NCBI GenBank assembly: GCA_034722055.1
Contig: JAYENL010000319.1
Coordinates: 8,785 to 54,715 of the forward strand
Direction: 5' to 3'
DNA from: Armatimonadota bacterium
GTDB lineage: Bacteria; Armatimonadota; Zipacnadia; Zipacnadales; UBA5352
Length of the DNA stretch: 45,931 nucleotides
Below the pieces are notes generated by a model. The model was given only the letters and a program-made list of their open reading frames with translations, was not told where the DNA came from and made no database searches. The position numbers and the translations under genes are program-made. Positions 1-8,663 of this stretch are shown here, in pieces; the stretch's first letter is position 1; the number at the start of each line of letters is the position of its first letter.

Positions 1-104
1 CCGGGGGGGCCCCCCCCGCGCGATTCGGGCTCCCGGCAGGTCCGCGACGGCGCGTCGGGAAGATGTGCGCAGCATCAATCGCACTGCGACGAGGAGAGGG
101 CGCC

Positions 105-908
105 ATGGTCATCGACATCCACCACCACCTGCCGCGGGACTGGCGGGAGTACATGCCCAAGCTGCGCGACAAGTGCAAAGAGCTGGGGATCGACCGCGTC
201 GCGCTGTGCACCTCCGGGCCGCCTGGAGCCGGGAACCGGCACCTCTTCGAGGCCCTGCAGGAGAACGAGGACTTCATGCTGGCGCTGGGCTACGTGCGCC
301 TCGGCGAGGAAGGCCCGGCGGCAGTTGACAGGCTGCACGCCATGGGCTTCCATGGCCTGAAGGTCATCCGGCCGACCGTGGACTACGACGACGACATCTG
401 CATGCCGGTCTATGAGCGCGCCGCGCTGCTGGACATGCCGATCCTCTTCCACCTGGGGATCGTGGCCGCCAGCCGCAAGAGCGATCCCCTGCGCGACGTC
501 TCGATCGACCGCATGAGGCCCGCACACCTGGATCGCATCGCCCGGAAGTTCCCGTCGCTGTCGCTGATCGGCGCGCACCTGGGCAACCCGTGGTATGGGG
601 AGGCGGGCGAGATGGCCCGCATGCACCCCAACGTCTACTTCGACCTCACCGGCTCCACGATGAAGAAGATGGACCCCCAGTTCCTGGCGGACCTGCTCTG
701 GTGGGCGGACAACCCCCAGTACGGGCTGATGGGCGACAAGCACCCCTACGAGAAGATCGTGTTCGGCACCGACGTGTCGGCGGACCTCATGCACGATGTG
801 CTGGCCGACTACCACAAGTTCTTCGACCACGTGTCGATGTCCCTAGAGCACCAGGCGCTGATCATGGGCGACACCGCTGCGCAGATCTTCGGGATTGAGC
901 CTATGTAG
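105..908 (+). CDS. Amidohydrolase family protein (amidohydro_2, TIM-barrel metal hydrolase)
   Basis: N-terminal IDIHHH, PILFHLG, AHLG, VYFD and FGTD motifs; GAGGAG RBS at 91-96 before ATG 105. Confidence 0.85.
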   Translation: MVIDIHHHLPRDWREYMPKLRDKCKELGIDRVALCTSGPPGAGNRHLFEALQENEDFMLALGYVRLGEEGPAAVDRLHAMGFHGLKVIRPTVDYDDDICMPVYERAALLDMPILFHLGIVAASRKSDPLRDVSIDRMRPAHLDRIARKFPSLSLIGAHLGNPWYGEAGEMARMHPNVYFDLTGSTMKKMDPQFLADLLWWADNPQYGLMGDKHPYEKIVFGTDVSADLMHDVLADYHKFFDHVSMSLEHQALIMGDTAAQIFGIEPM

Positions 909-922
909 AGGAGATGTAGTGC

Positions 923-1771
923 ATGAGCAATAGCCAAAGCCAGCCTCCAACCCTGAGGATGCCAGTGGCAAGAGCCAAAGAAGCTCTGGAAGCGCAGATC
1001 GCCAAGGGCGAGGAGCTACTTGCGCGCGATTTCAGCAGCGAACAGCAGTTTGACAGCGTCCAGGAGGACTACTTCAGTTGGAGCGAGTACAACAAGACGC
1101 TCCTGGAGACGATGTTCAGTGATGCCTCTATTGTCGAGGAATACCGCGACGTTGCATTGGTATTGGGGGGGCGGTCGTCATTTGGAGAAGAGGTCAGAGA
1201 ACTGATTGACCGGATTCGGCGCAAGATTCGACGGCTTAAGTCTATACGCGATCGAGTGGGCCTCTTCGCTCGTGAAGATGAAGGCGACGCGTTGGCGAAG
1301 AGCATGGGCGGTTCAGGAAAGAGCGAAGCTCTGGGCGGGAGCGTCTTCATTATCCACGGGCATGACTACCGGGCGGCCCTGGAGCTCAGGGACCTACTTC
1401 AGGATGAGCATGGTCTCCAGGTAGTGCTAATGGAACAGGAGCCCCACGCTGGCCGGACCCTCATAGAGAAGTTCGAGGAGGAAGCCGAACCGTGCGGCTT
1501 CGCCGTGGCGGTCTTCACGCCGGACGACGTCGTGACAAAAGGCGAGGACGCAGAGTATGCGCAGATGCGGCCCAACGTGGTGTTTGAGCTGGGCTGGTTC
1601 TGTGCTCGGCTTGGCCGACCAAATGTAGCGATCCTGTACAAGGAAGGGACAACCATGCCGAGTGACCTGAGCGGTGTGGCCTACTACAAGTTCCACGAAA
1701 GTCCCGAGGAGTGCTGGCGGAAGCTACGCGACGAGTTGAAGCGGGCGGGCCTCCTCGCAGACGAGGACTGA
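923..1771 (+). CDS. Nucleotide-binding protein with C-terminal TIR-like domain (Cap12/PycTIR-type TIR family)
   Basis: VFIIHGHD, GRTLIEKFE, FAVAVFTPDD, RPNVVFELG and PSDLSG motifs; AGAGGAG RBS; visibly more A/T-rich codon usage than neighbours. Confidence 0.85.
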   Translation: MSNSQSQPPTLRMPVARAKEALEAQIAKGEELLARDFSSEQQFDSVQEDYFSWSEYNKTLLETMFSDASIVEEYRDVALVLGGRSSFGEEVRELIDRIRRKIRRLKSIRDRVGLFAREDEGDALAKSMGGSGKSEALGGSVFIIHGHDYRAALELRDLLQDEHGLQVVLMEQEPHAGRTLIEKFEEEAEPCGFAVAVFTPDDVVTKGEDAEYAQMRPNVVFELGWFCARLGRPNVAILYKEGTTMPSDLSGVAYYKFHESPEECWRKLRDELKRAGLLADED

Positions 1772-1914
1772 GTCACGCTGCCGCGCCACGCAGCGACGAG
1801 GGCGCCGGCGCCACAGCACGAGATGCCATTGATCGCCGCTGCACCGGCTCGCAGTGCTCAGTCACAGAAGTTCGCGTACCCTCTGCCGTCACGACAGCAT
1901 GCTCGCGCCCACCA

Positions 1915-2133
1915 TGGAGGGGCCGCCGCGAGCGAAGTGAGCGGTGAGCGGTGCGTTCTCTAACGCAGCGCTCAGGTTCCACCCCGGCCCACACGCTAAA
2001 CATTGCAGGCGCCCTCACCTGCACACCGTTTGGGCCCCTCGGCAGAGATGCGCCCTGGGCCGGGGTGGAACCCTCGGCCGGTTCGCTCAGCTCACCGGCC
2101 TCACCGGGCGCTGCGCGCCCGGCGGCCCCTCCA
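1915..2133. repeat. Nested inverted-repeat (fold-back) element between convergent genes
   Basis: Perfect 14-bp IR 1915-1928/2120-2133, imperfect IR 1937-1949/2090-2104, perfect 17-bp IR 1975-1991/2056-2072, inner hairpins 1952-1967 and 2004-2023. Confidence 0.75.
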
Positions 2134-2239
2134 CGAGGTACGCCGCGCATCTCCAACGCAGCCAAGCGCTGGGTGCACTCGTGGTCAACATGCGCGGAAT
2201 TGCGCCAGTCACCACTAGCCCAGCCGAGGCCAGCCTGGC

Positions 2240-3751
2240 CTACCCCTCCGCCAGCCACCGCTGGATCTGCGCCTCGTCCTCGGCGGTCCAGGGCATCAGG
2301 TCCTCGATGCACTGGCGGTCGAAGCCGCTGTAGACGTGCGCCATCGTCCGCTCGTAGGTGCCATCCGCGCGCGCCTGCTCGCTCCAGCGCAGGAAGGCCT
2401 CGCGGCCGTAGGCCCGCGCTGCCGCGTCGATGGCGGCGCAGTCGAAGCTCGCCTCCAGGATGCCGTCTAACTCCTCCACCACCTCGGGCCGCGTGCCGGC
2501 GAGATTCTCGACCTCCCACGGGTCGCTGTTGAGGTCGAAAAGCTGCGGCTCATAGCCGATGTACTTCACGTACTTCCACTGCCCGCGCCGGAGCATGTAG
2601 GCCCCGGTGTTGCAGCGGTCGCCGTTGTACTGCGCGAAGGCCCACTCGCGCTGCCGCGGCGCGTCTGTCGTGAGCTGCGGCATCAGGGACTCCCCGTCGA
2701 GCCTCTCCGGGTAGCCGGGATGGTGGGCGCAGTCATCATAGCTCAGGCGCGCCATATCCATCAGCGTCGGGTAGATGTCGATCAGCGAGACGGGCGCGTC
2801 CACCTGCCCGCCTCGGCACACGTCCGGCCCGGAGGCGATCAGCGGCACGTGGATGGAGGGCTCGTACATGGAGCGCTTGAGGATCTGGTTGTGCTCGCCC
2901 GCCATCTCCCCGTGATCGCTGGAGAAGATGACGTAGGTGGACTCGCGCAGCCCCAGGTCCTCCAGCGCGGCCAGCACCTGCCCCACAAGCTCGTCGAGCG
3001 TCGCGATCATGGCGAAGTACATGTGGCGCATCTCGCGGACGATCTGCTCCGGGAACTCGGTGTCGCAGTTCTTGGTGATGCGCATGTAGCGCATGACCGG
3101 ATGCTCGGTGTCCTCCAGCGGGCCGAGGTCGGGCGGGATCTCGATGGCGTCCTGGTCGATGAGCTCCATGTAGCGGGTGCTGGCAATGAAGGCCGGATGC
3201 ACGAGTCCGGTGGTGAGGTAGAGCATGAAGGGGCGGTCGCGCGATGACGCCTCCCGCATGAAGTCGATGGCCTGCCAGGCCCGCTGCCAGTCGGCGCCCC
3301 AGGGGTCGCCGTCGTCGATGCGCGGCAGGGGCGTGCGGCTGATGGGCCGCTGGATGTTGGCGGTTCGCGTCCAGGAGCCGATGCGGTCGCGGATGGAGTG
3401 CTTGCCCCACTGGTAGTCCAGCGGCCCGATGGCCTCGGTGAGGTAGCCGGCACGGTCGAAGGTGTCGCGGAAGGTCGGGACGTGGTCGTGCAGCCCCTCG
3501 TGGTTGTTCCAGCATTCATACACGTGCGGGTACTTGCCGCTCCACATGCTCGCCCGCGAGGGGTTGCAGACCGGGCAGGTGGAGTAGGCGTTGGTGAACA
3601 GCACCCCGTCCTCCGCCAGCGAATCCAGGTTCGGGGTGACGCTGGCGGCGTGGCCCATGCAGCGCATCTTCCGGCCGTCCATGCTCTCGGCATGAATAAA
3701 GACGATGTTGGGGCGGTCAGCGTTGAACCGGGACCTGTCCGATCGTGGCAT
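2240..3751 (-). CDS. Formylglycine-dependent sulfatase, arylsulfatase K-like
   Basis: CNPSR (CxPxR) motif, SDHGEM, K-SMYE and QLFDL..DP.E; start re-placed at ATG 3751 behind a GGAGGAG RBS. Confidence 0.9.
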   Translation of the reverse strand: MPRSDRSRFNADRPNIVFIHAESMDGRKMRCMGHAASVTPNLDSLAEDGVLFTNAYSTCPVCNPSRASMWSGKYPHVYECWNNHEGLHDHVPTFRDTFDRAGYLTEAIGPLDYQWGKHSIRDRIGSWTRTANIQRPISRTPLPRIDDGDPWGADWQRAWQAIDFMREASSRDRPFMLYLTTGLVHPAFIASTRYMELIDQDAIEIPPDLGPLEDTEHPVMRYMRITKNCDTEFPEQIVREMRHMYFAMIATLDELVGQVLAALEDLGLRESTYVIFSSDHGEMAGEHNQILKRSMYEPSIHVPLIASGPDVCRGGQVDAPVSLIDIYPTLMDMARLSYDDCAHHPGYPERLDGESLMPQLTTDAPRQREWAFAQYNGDRCNTGAYMLRRGQWKYVKYIGYEPQLFDLNSDPWEVENLAGTRPEVVEELDGILEASFDCAAIDAAARAYGREAFLRWSEQARADGTYERTMAHVYSGFDRQCIEDLMPWTAEDEAQIQRWLAEG

Positions 3752-3933
3752 CGGCGGCTCCTCCAACGTCGGGCGTGATGCCTGCTGGCTCTGTGCTTCC
3801 GCACGCGGCGGGGGAGTCCTCGGTTCGCGGCGTTGTCTTTCGGGGAGGCGCAAGCGACGCGAAGCACGAAAAGCCTGTCCGCGCGGCGGGTTCCCCGCTC
3901 TCAGGAGACCGGAGCCAGACTGGAGACGACCCC

Positions 3934-5094
3934 ATGCTGGCAGCAGAGAGCATAATCGCATGGATCGCGGCACTTGTGGCGGTGTGGTGGCTGATCGACT
4001 GGCTGCAACTCCGCCACGTGGGGAAGGCCCTGCCACTGCGGCGGGCGCCTCTGCGCATCCTCGCGGATGTGCTTGCGAAGCTCAGGCGCAACCGGACCTT
4101 CGTGGGCGCACTGGTGGCGCTGTGGCTTCTGGGAACGGCCGCCTCGCTGATGCGAGCCTACCTGGTGGCGGACATCGGCGGGCCGGCGCCGGCGCGGGCC
4201 ATGCCCATGCTGGCCTGGCTGAGCCGGCCGGCGGAGCTGATCCCCAGGCTGCTTGGCGGCGAGGTATACTGGGCGCTGCCGCGCCTGCGGGAGGTGCCGC
4301 TGACCGGATGGGCGAGTCTGCTGGTGGCGGTGCTGCTGGCCGCCGGGCTCGTTCGGGTGATGATCGATCCGCCCGACGGGATCGATGAGGACGCGGCCCG
4401 CGGCCTGCGATGGCCCATCGCATTCCTGTGCGCCCACGCCGCCGCGGCCGCGGCGGCAATAGCGGCGGGTCAGGACTTCTTCTGGAGATTGGCCGGGCCG
4501 GATGCCCCATGGTACACGCCATGGGTGCTCGGGATTCACGGGCTGGTGCTGGCGGGCGTGCTGCTTGCACCGGCCCACGCGCTGCTGTGGCGGATGATGC
4601 TGGAGATCGCAGGCGACGGCGTCTGGAGCTTTCGCTCCTCGATCCGCGCGGTTGGCGCGACGTGGGGATCAGCTGCGCTGCTGCTCCTGGTCGGCACGCC
4701 GGGGTCCGTCGTCCCAACGGAAGCCATGCCACCGTCGGCGCGCATCCTGAATGCTCTCCCGATCATCATCCACGTGCTGCTGGTCTTCGCGCCGTGGGCG
4801 ATTGTGGACCGCCAGCAGGGGCTTCTCGACGCCCTGCGCCAGAGCTGGCGCCTGTTCCGCCGGCGGGCGGTTGACGTGATTACCTTCGGGCTGCGCTTCG
4901 CGCTGCTGTTCGCGGTGCTGGGTGGCATCGTCGCGCTATTCGAGCCGGACGTCCTGGGTGGCTCGCGAACGCTCCACGGCCCACTGCTGGCGGTGGTGCG
5001 CAACCTCCTGCTGCTCCTGCAGGCGATGACCGTCGCGGGGCTCTACGTGCATCTGCGCGACGAGTTGGCCTGCCAGGCCAGCCCACGCGAATAA
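3934..5094 (+). CDS. Multi-pass membrane protein of unknown function
   Basis: Many hydrophobic helices; ALRQSWRL motif common in uncharacterised membrane domains; GGAG before ATG 3934. Confidence 0.65.
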   Translation: MLAAESIIAWIAALVAVWWLIDWLQLRHVGKALPLRRAPLRILADVLAKLRRNRTFVGALVALWLLGTAASLMRAYLVADIGGPAPARAMPMLAWLSRPAELIPRLLGGEVYWALPRLREVPLTGWASLLVAVLLAAGLVRVMIDPPDGIDEDAARGLRWPIAFLCAHAAAAAAAIAAGQDFFWRLAGPDAPWYTPWVLGIHGLVLAGVLLAPAHALLWRMMLEIAGDGVWSFRSSIRAVGATWGSAALLLLVGTPGSVVPTEAMPPSARILNALPIIIHVLLVFAPWAIVDRQQGLLDALRQSWRLFRRRAVDVITFGLRFALLFAVLGGIVALFEPDVLGGSRTLHGPLLAVVRNLLLLLQAMTVAGLYVHLRDELACQASPRE

Positions 5095-5191
5095 CTCCAT
5101 TCCTCCGGCGAGATGCGCTGCTGTGAAACGCGCACTTCCCCCATTGGCTGCTGTCCTGGAGCGTGCTGATGCCCAGTTTCCCAGCATTCCC

Positions 5192-5221
5192 TTGACAAGA
5201 CCTCAGCAGATCGTCTAAAGT
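5192..5221 (+). promoter_or_regulatory. Sigma70-type promoter of the pilin-like/metal-binding unit
   Basis: TTGACA 5192-5197, 18-bp spacer, TAAAGT 5216-5221. Confidence 0.7.
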
Positions 5222-5252
5222 TAGGCTGGCCTAAGTTAGGAGTGCCTAACTT
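5218..5252. promoter_or_regulatory. Tandem DtxR/IdeR/MntR-type operator boxes
   Basis: TTAGGCTGGCCTAA (5221-5234) and TTAGGAGTGCCTAA (5236-5249); the whole site is bracketed by AAGTTAGG...CCTAACTT and overlaps the -10/+1 region. Confidence 0.75.
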
Positions 5253-5388
5253 CCGGTCGTCGGATGACGGATATGGTAGCTCTGGACGCGGGGAAGCGCC
5301 GGTACTCGTCGTTCGGGCTGCAGGGCACTCTCTTATCGAACGTACAGGAGAAAGACGACCCGCAGCACGCTGCAACGCGCTGCGGGCT

Positions 5389-5465
5389 GGAGACGTGGCA
5401 ATCGCCACGCCCACAGCAGCGATTGTAGCACGTCTCCCCTGTGCCAACAAGCAGGAGGGACGAAT
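5389..5465 (+). promoter_or_regulatory. Conserved structured 5' leader, copy 1
   Basis: GGAGACGTG-GCAATCGC-13-nt loop-GCGATTGT-AG-CACGTCTCC stem, then a CCTG/CAGG stem overlapping the RBS AGGAGG; 66/77 nt identical to 7098-7174. Confidence 0.75.
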
Positions 5466-6149
5466 ATGTTCAGCCACAGACGTGGATTTACGCTGATCGA
5501 ATTGCTGGTGGTGATCGCAATCATCGCGATCCTGGCAGCAATCCTTTTCCCGGTTTTCGCACAGGCGCGGGAGAAGGCTCGCCAGACCTCGTGTCTGAGC
5601 AACCTCAAGCAGATCGGCATCGCAACGAAGATGTACGCGCAGGACTACGACGGGTGTACACCAATCATCAACGTCATGTTCCCGACTCCCCGCGACACCA
5701 CAGAAGGGGACCCGGACGGCCCCCTGTCGCCGATTACAGTGCTCAATCCTTACGTAAAGAACAGGCAGATATTCGTATGTCCGTCGAAGCTGTACGGAGT
5801 GCCAACTTCAGGCCCCTACGAGTTAACCTACGCTTTCTACGGGGCGAACCTGATGGAGAAGTGCTTTGGCTGGCCGCCGGGATGGGCGCCACCCGGATGG
5901 AGTCAGGATTATTGGGAGTTCTACAACGGGCAAATGATCGACAAACTTGCCGTGCACGGCGCGAGCACCGGAGACCCGGCAGCAAAGTACATCGTGCGTG
6001 ACTCAGTGAAAATCGACTACACCCAGGATCCGCCCGTGACGCAATTGCCTCACGTAATGGCGATAAACCGTCTATGCCAGGATGGCCACGCCAAGGTGAA
6101 GCGCGTTCCGCAGAGCGGCATGGGTGCGTACCTGATGTACGGCTTTTGA
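5466..6149 (+). CDS. Prepilin-type N-terminal cleavage/methylation domain protein (DUF1559/H-X9-DG type)
   Basis: [46 protein letters not shown]-terminal [13 protein letters not shown]. Confidence 0.9.
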   Translation: MFSHRRGFTLIELLVVIAIIAILAAILFPVFAQAREKARQTSCLSNLKQIGIATKMYAQDYDGCTPIINVMFPTPRDTTEGDPDGPLSPITVLNPYVKNRQIFVCPSKLYGVPTSGPYELTYAFYGANLMEKCFGWPPGWAPPGWSQDYWEFYNGQMIDKLAVHGASTGDPAAKYIVRDSVKIDYTQDPPVTQLPHVMAINRLCQDGHAKVKRVPQSGMGAYLMYGF

Positions 6150-6208
6150 CAGAGGAGAGCTATTCTCGGCTCAAGCAGTCCAATTTCAGCCCTTAGGAGG
6201 AGAGACTT

Positions 6209-7066
6209 ATGGTCAACCGACGCATTTTAGGAACAATCCTCGTACTCGCGGCGATATGCACAGGCCTGGCGCCGGCCGTGGCCCATGACTGGTTCATCCA
6301 GGCGACGGACTACGCGCTGCCCGAGCCGGGCCGGATCGCGTTGTTCATGGGCTGGGGCCACGCGCTACCGCTCGATGACCCCCTCGACGGCGCGAAGATC
6401 GCCACACTGCACATGACCGGCCCGGACGGCGCCGCGCGTGAGATCGCGGTCGCGCCCGGTCGCGGTTACCACTACACGCCCCTGACGCTGGACAGCTATG
6501 GGGTCTGGACACTCCACGGCACCTCGAACCCGGGGTACTACACGATCTACCAGGGGACCGACGGGAAGCAGCACCACAGCACGAAGCCGCTCAACGAGCT
6601 GGACGACGTCGCACGGGTCTTCATGAGCGTGCGCGCGTTCCAGTTTCCGAAATCCTACGTGCTCGTGGGCGACCCAGAGACCGCCGAGATGCCTCACCCG
6701 GTGGGCGCCAAGCTCGAGATCGTCCCCGAGAGCGTGCCCGGTACGATCCACGCCGGCCAGCGGTTGTCCTTCCAGGTGCTCTTCGACGGCAAGCCCCTCG
6801 AGGCCGAGGCGACCTTCGACGCCACGTACCTGGGGTTCTCGACCGCGCCGGAGGACTACATGTACATGGAGCGGCCGATCGTGAATGGCCGCGGCTGGAT
6901 CGATCTCTCACACGAGGGACCGTGGTTCATTCGCGTCCACCACACGCTGCCCGCCCCCGAAGACATGGAGGATGAGTTCAGGAACCTGTACTACGACGCC
7001 ACGCTTGTGCTGCATGTGCACCCCCGCGAGAGCGAGCAGTTTGACCACGCCCACGCGCACCAGTGA
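6209..7066 (+). CDS. Secreted DUF4198 (NikM/NikK-associated, Ni/Co uptake-related) protein
   Basis: Signal peptide ending AVA|H, GWGH motif, LEIVP and FQVLFDGKPL motifs, C-terminal HAHAHQ; AGGAGG RBS. Confidence 0.8.
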   Translation: MVNRRILGTILVLAAICTGLAPAVAHDWFIQATDYALPEPGRIALFMGWGHALPLDDPLDGAKIATLHMTGPDGAAREIAVAPGRGYHYTPLTLDSYGVWTLHGTSNPGYYTIYQGTDGKQHHSTKPLNELDDVARVFMSVRAFQFPKSYVLVGDPETAEMPHPVGAKLEIVPESVPGTIHAGQRLSFQVLFDGKPLEAEATFDATYLGFSTAPEDYMYMERPIVNGRGWIDLSHEGPWFIRVHHTLPAPEDMEDEFRNLYYDATLVLHVHPRESEQFDHAHAHQ

Positions 7067-7097
7067 ACTGCGCAGGTATGCCAGGGGGCCGGGGGCC

Positions 7098-7174
7098 GGA
7101 GACGTGGCAATCGCGACGCGAGCACCAGCGATTGTATCACGTCTCCCCTGCGCCGACAAACAGGAGGGACGTTT
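7098..7174 (+). promoter_or_regulatory. Conserved structured 5' leader, copy 2
   Basis: Same stems, length and distance to ATG as 5389-5465. Confidence 0.75.
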
Positions 7175-7837
7175 ATGTTGAGCAAAAGACGTGGATTTAC
7201 GCTGATCGAATTGCTGGTGGTGATCGCGATCATCGCGATCCTGGCAGCGATGCTCTTCCCCGTTTTTTCCCAGGCACGCGAGAAGGCTCGCCAGACCTCG
7301 TGTCTGAGCAACATGAAGCAGATCGGTCTGGCGATGATGATGTACATGGACGACTACGACGACCAGTTCTGCAAGGTCACGTGCAGTCAAGGCCCCGCCC
7401 CGTATAAGTGGTTCGACCCAATCGACCCTTACCTCAAGAACAAGCAGATCCTGTTCTGCCCGTCACTGCGCGGTCAGAGCGATAAAGGGACGCCAAAGAC
7501 GGACTACGTCCTCAACGGATGCTTCGCCCAGGGCGCGCACCGAGCGATGTTCGACGACCCCTCCGCCCAGATCATGGTCGCCGAGCGCGAGGCGTCCAGG
7601 CCCCGCGAGGGGTACAGGCCCTGGCCCAACGACGGGGTGAGTTGGGATGACCTCAGCACCTATGCGCACGGCGCCACCCCCCACAATCACTTCAACCACC
7701 TTTCCCATGACCGACACAACGGTGGCTGCAACTACACCTTCGGCGACGGCCACGCCAAGTGGCTGCGCTGGGATGCGACCTTCGAGGGGGGCCTTGGGCT
7801 CCCCGGCCTCCACAATCCGAGCCGCATCATTCCGTAA
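7175..7837 (+). CDS. Prepilin-type N-terminal cleavage/methylation domain protein (DUF1559/H-X9-DG type)
   Basis: [27 protein letters not shown]-terminal [17 protein letters not shown]. Confidence 0.92.
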   Translation: MLSKRRGFTLIELLVVIAIIAILAAMLFPVFSQAREKARQTSCLSNMKQIGLAMMMYMDDYDDQFCKVTCSQGPAPYKWFDPIDPYLKNKQILFCPSLRGQSDKGTPKTDYVLNGCFAQGAHRAMFDDPSAQIMVAEREASRPREGYRPWPNDGVSWDDLSTYAHGATPHNHFNHLSHDRHNGGCNYTFGDGHAKWLRWDATFEGGLGLPGLHNPSRIIP

Positions 7838-7901
7838 CATCCGACTGGCCCCACCAGTTCAGCCAATCGGAGTATCACGAATACGAAAGAAGGATAGGAA
7901 C

Positions 7902-8633
7902 ATGTCACGAGCAGCGAGAGCAATACTTGTCGTGTTGATGGTGGCTTCGACCGCCCTCGCCGTCGCAAATGCCGAGAGCGAGAACCCCTGGCAGGGCTTC
8001 TACGCCGACGCCCCCGCAATCCGGGTCGTTGATCCGATGGTCAATCTCGTGGGATCGACCGTTGACGCTCAGGATACGTTGACGATTCATGTAAGCGATA
8101 TAGCGCTGTACACCGGGCATATCTGCCCTGGTGTCGCGTCAGGGTACATGCTCACGCGCGCTGCGCTCGCTGAGCTGTATCCGGACGGTACTCCGGTTCG
8201 GGGTCACATCCGCGTTGCCGCCTCCAAGCCGGCGTGCTGGCTGGATGTTCCCTCCTACATCACCGGAGCACGCGGCGCGTGGGGCCGCGCCGAAATGAAT
8301 AATGTCAACGATCTGGTCGTGGATCCGCATCTCGACGTGGAAGCTGACGATCATCTGGTCCTCATCTTCCAACGAAAAGACACCGGCGCTGCGGTCCAGG
8401 CGACATTCAACGTGGAACAGATCATGAGCCAGGAACAACACGAGTACTTTGAAGCCTTCCACCTGAGAGTTCTCGAGGGTGCGGCCTCGGAGCAGAAGAA
8501 GCGGGAGACCTGGTCGCGGATACAGTCGCTCGTGAAGAAGGTGCTCTTGGACACTCCCGAGGATCTCTTCGAGATCACGTCCATTGACGATTACGAGTTT
8601 CCTGAAGTCGTCGCACACCATCACGACTCCTGA
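7902..8633 (+). CDS. Secreted FmdE-domain metal-binding protein
   Basis: Signal peptide; YTGHICPGVASGY matches the FmdE (H)GHxCPG motif; C..D...ITG; C-terminal HHHDS. Confidence 0.78.
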   Translation: MSRAARAILVVLMVASTALAVANAESENPWQGFYADAPAIRVVDPMVNLVGSTVDAQDTLTIHVSDIALYTGHICPGVASGYMLTRAALAELYPDGTPVRGHIRVAASKPACWLDVPSYITGARGAWGRAEMNNVNDLVVDPHLDVEADDHLVLIFQRKDTGAAVQATFNVEQIMSQEQHEYFEAFHLRVLEGAASEQKKRETWSRIQSLVKKVLLDTPEDLFEITSIDDYEFPEVVAHHHDS

Positions 8634-8663
8634 GCCCCACGGCGTTCTACGGCCTGATCTCCG

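Noticed and set aside
2..18. G7/C8 palindrome at the window edge
   Set aside because: No loop and truncated context; cannot be interpreted
1955..2100. attC-like appearance (TCTAAC...GCTCAGC) after the TIR gene
   Set aside because: No properly spaced GTTRRRY partner, about 190 bp from the stop codon, and no integron integrase or second site
5253..5390. Cobalamin/NiCo/yybP riboswitch or a 51-aa uORF (5273-5428) in the leader
   Set aside because: Only a GGGAA..CCGGT fragment and one hairpin (5359-5386); no B12 box or other core motif, and the uORF lacks a clear RBS
5390..5436. Paired GAGACG/CGTCTC type IIS (BsmBI) sites suggesting a synthetic cloning scar
   Set aside because: They follow automatically from the hairpin symmetry; the two copies have naturally diverged loops and there is no vector sequence
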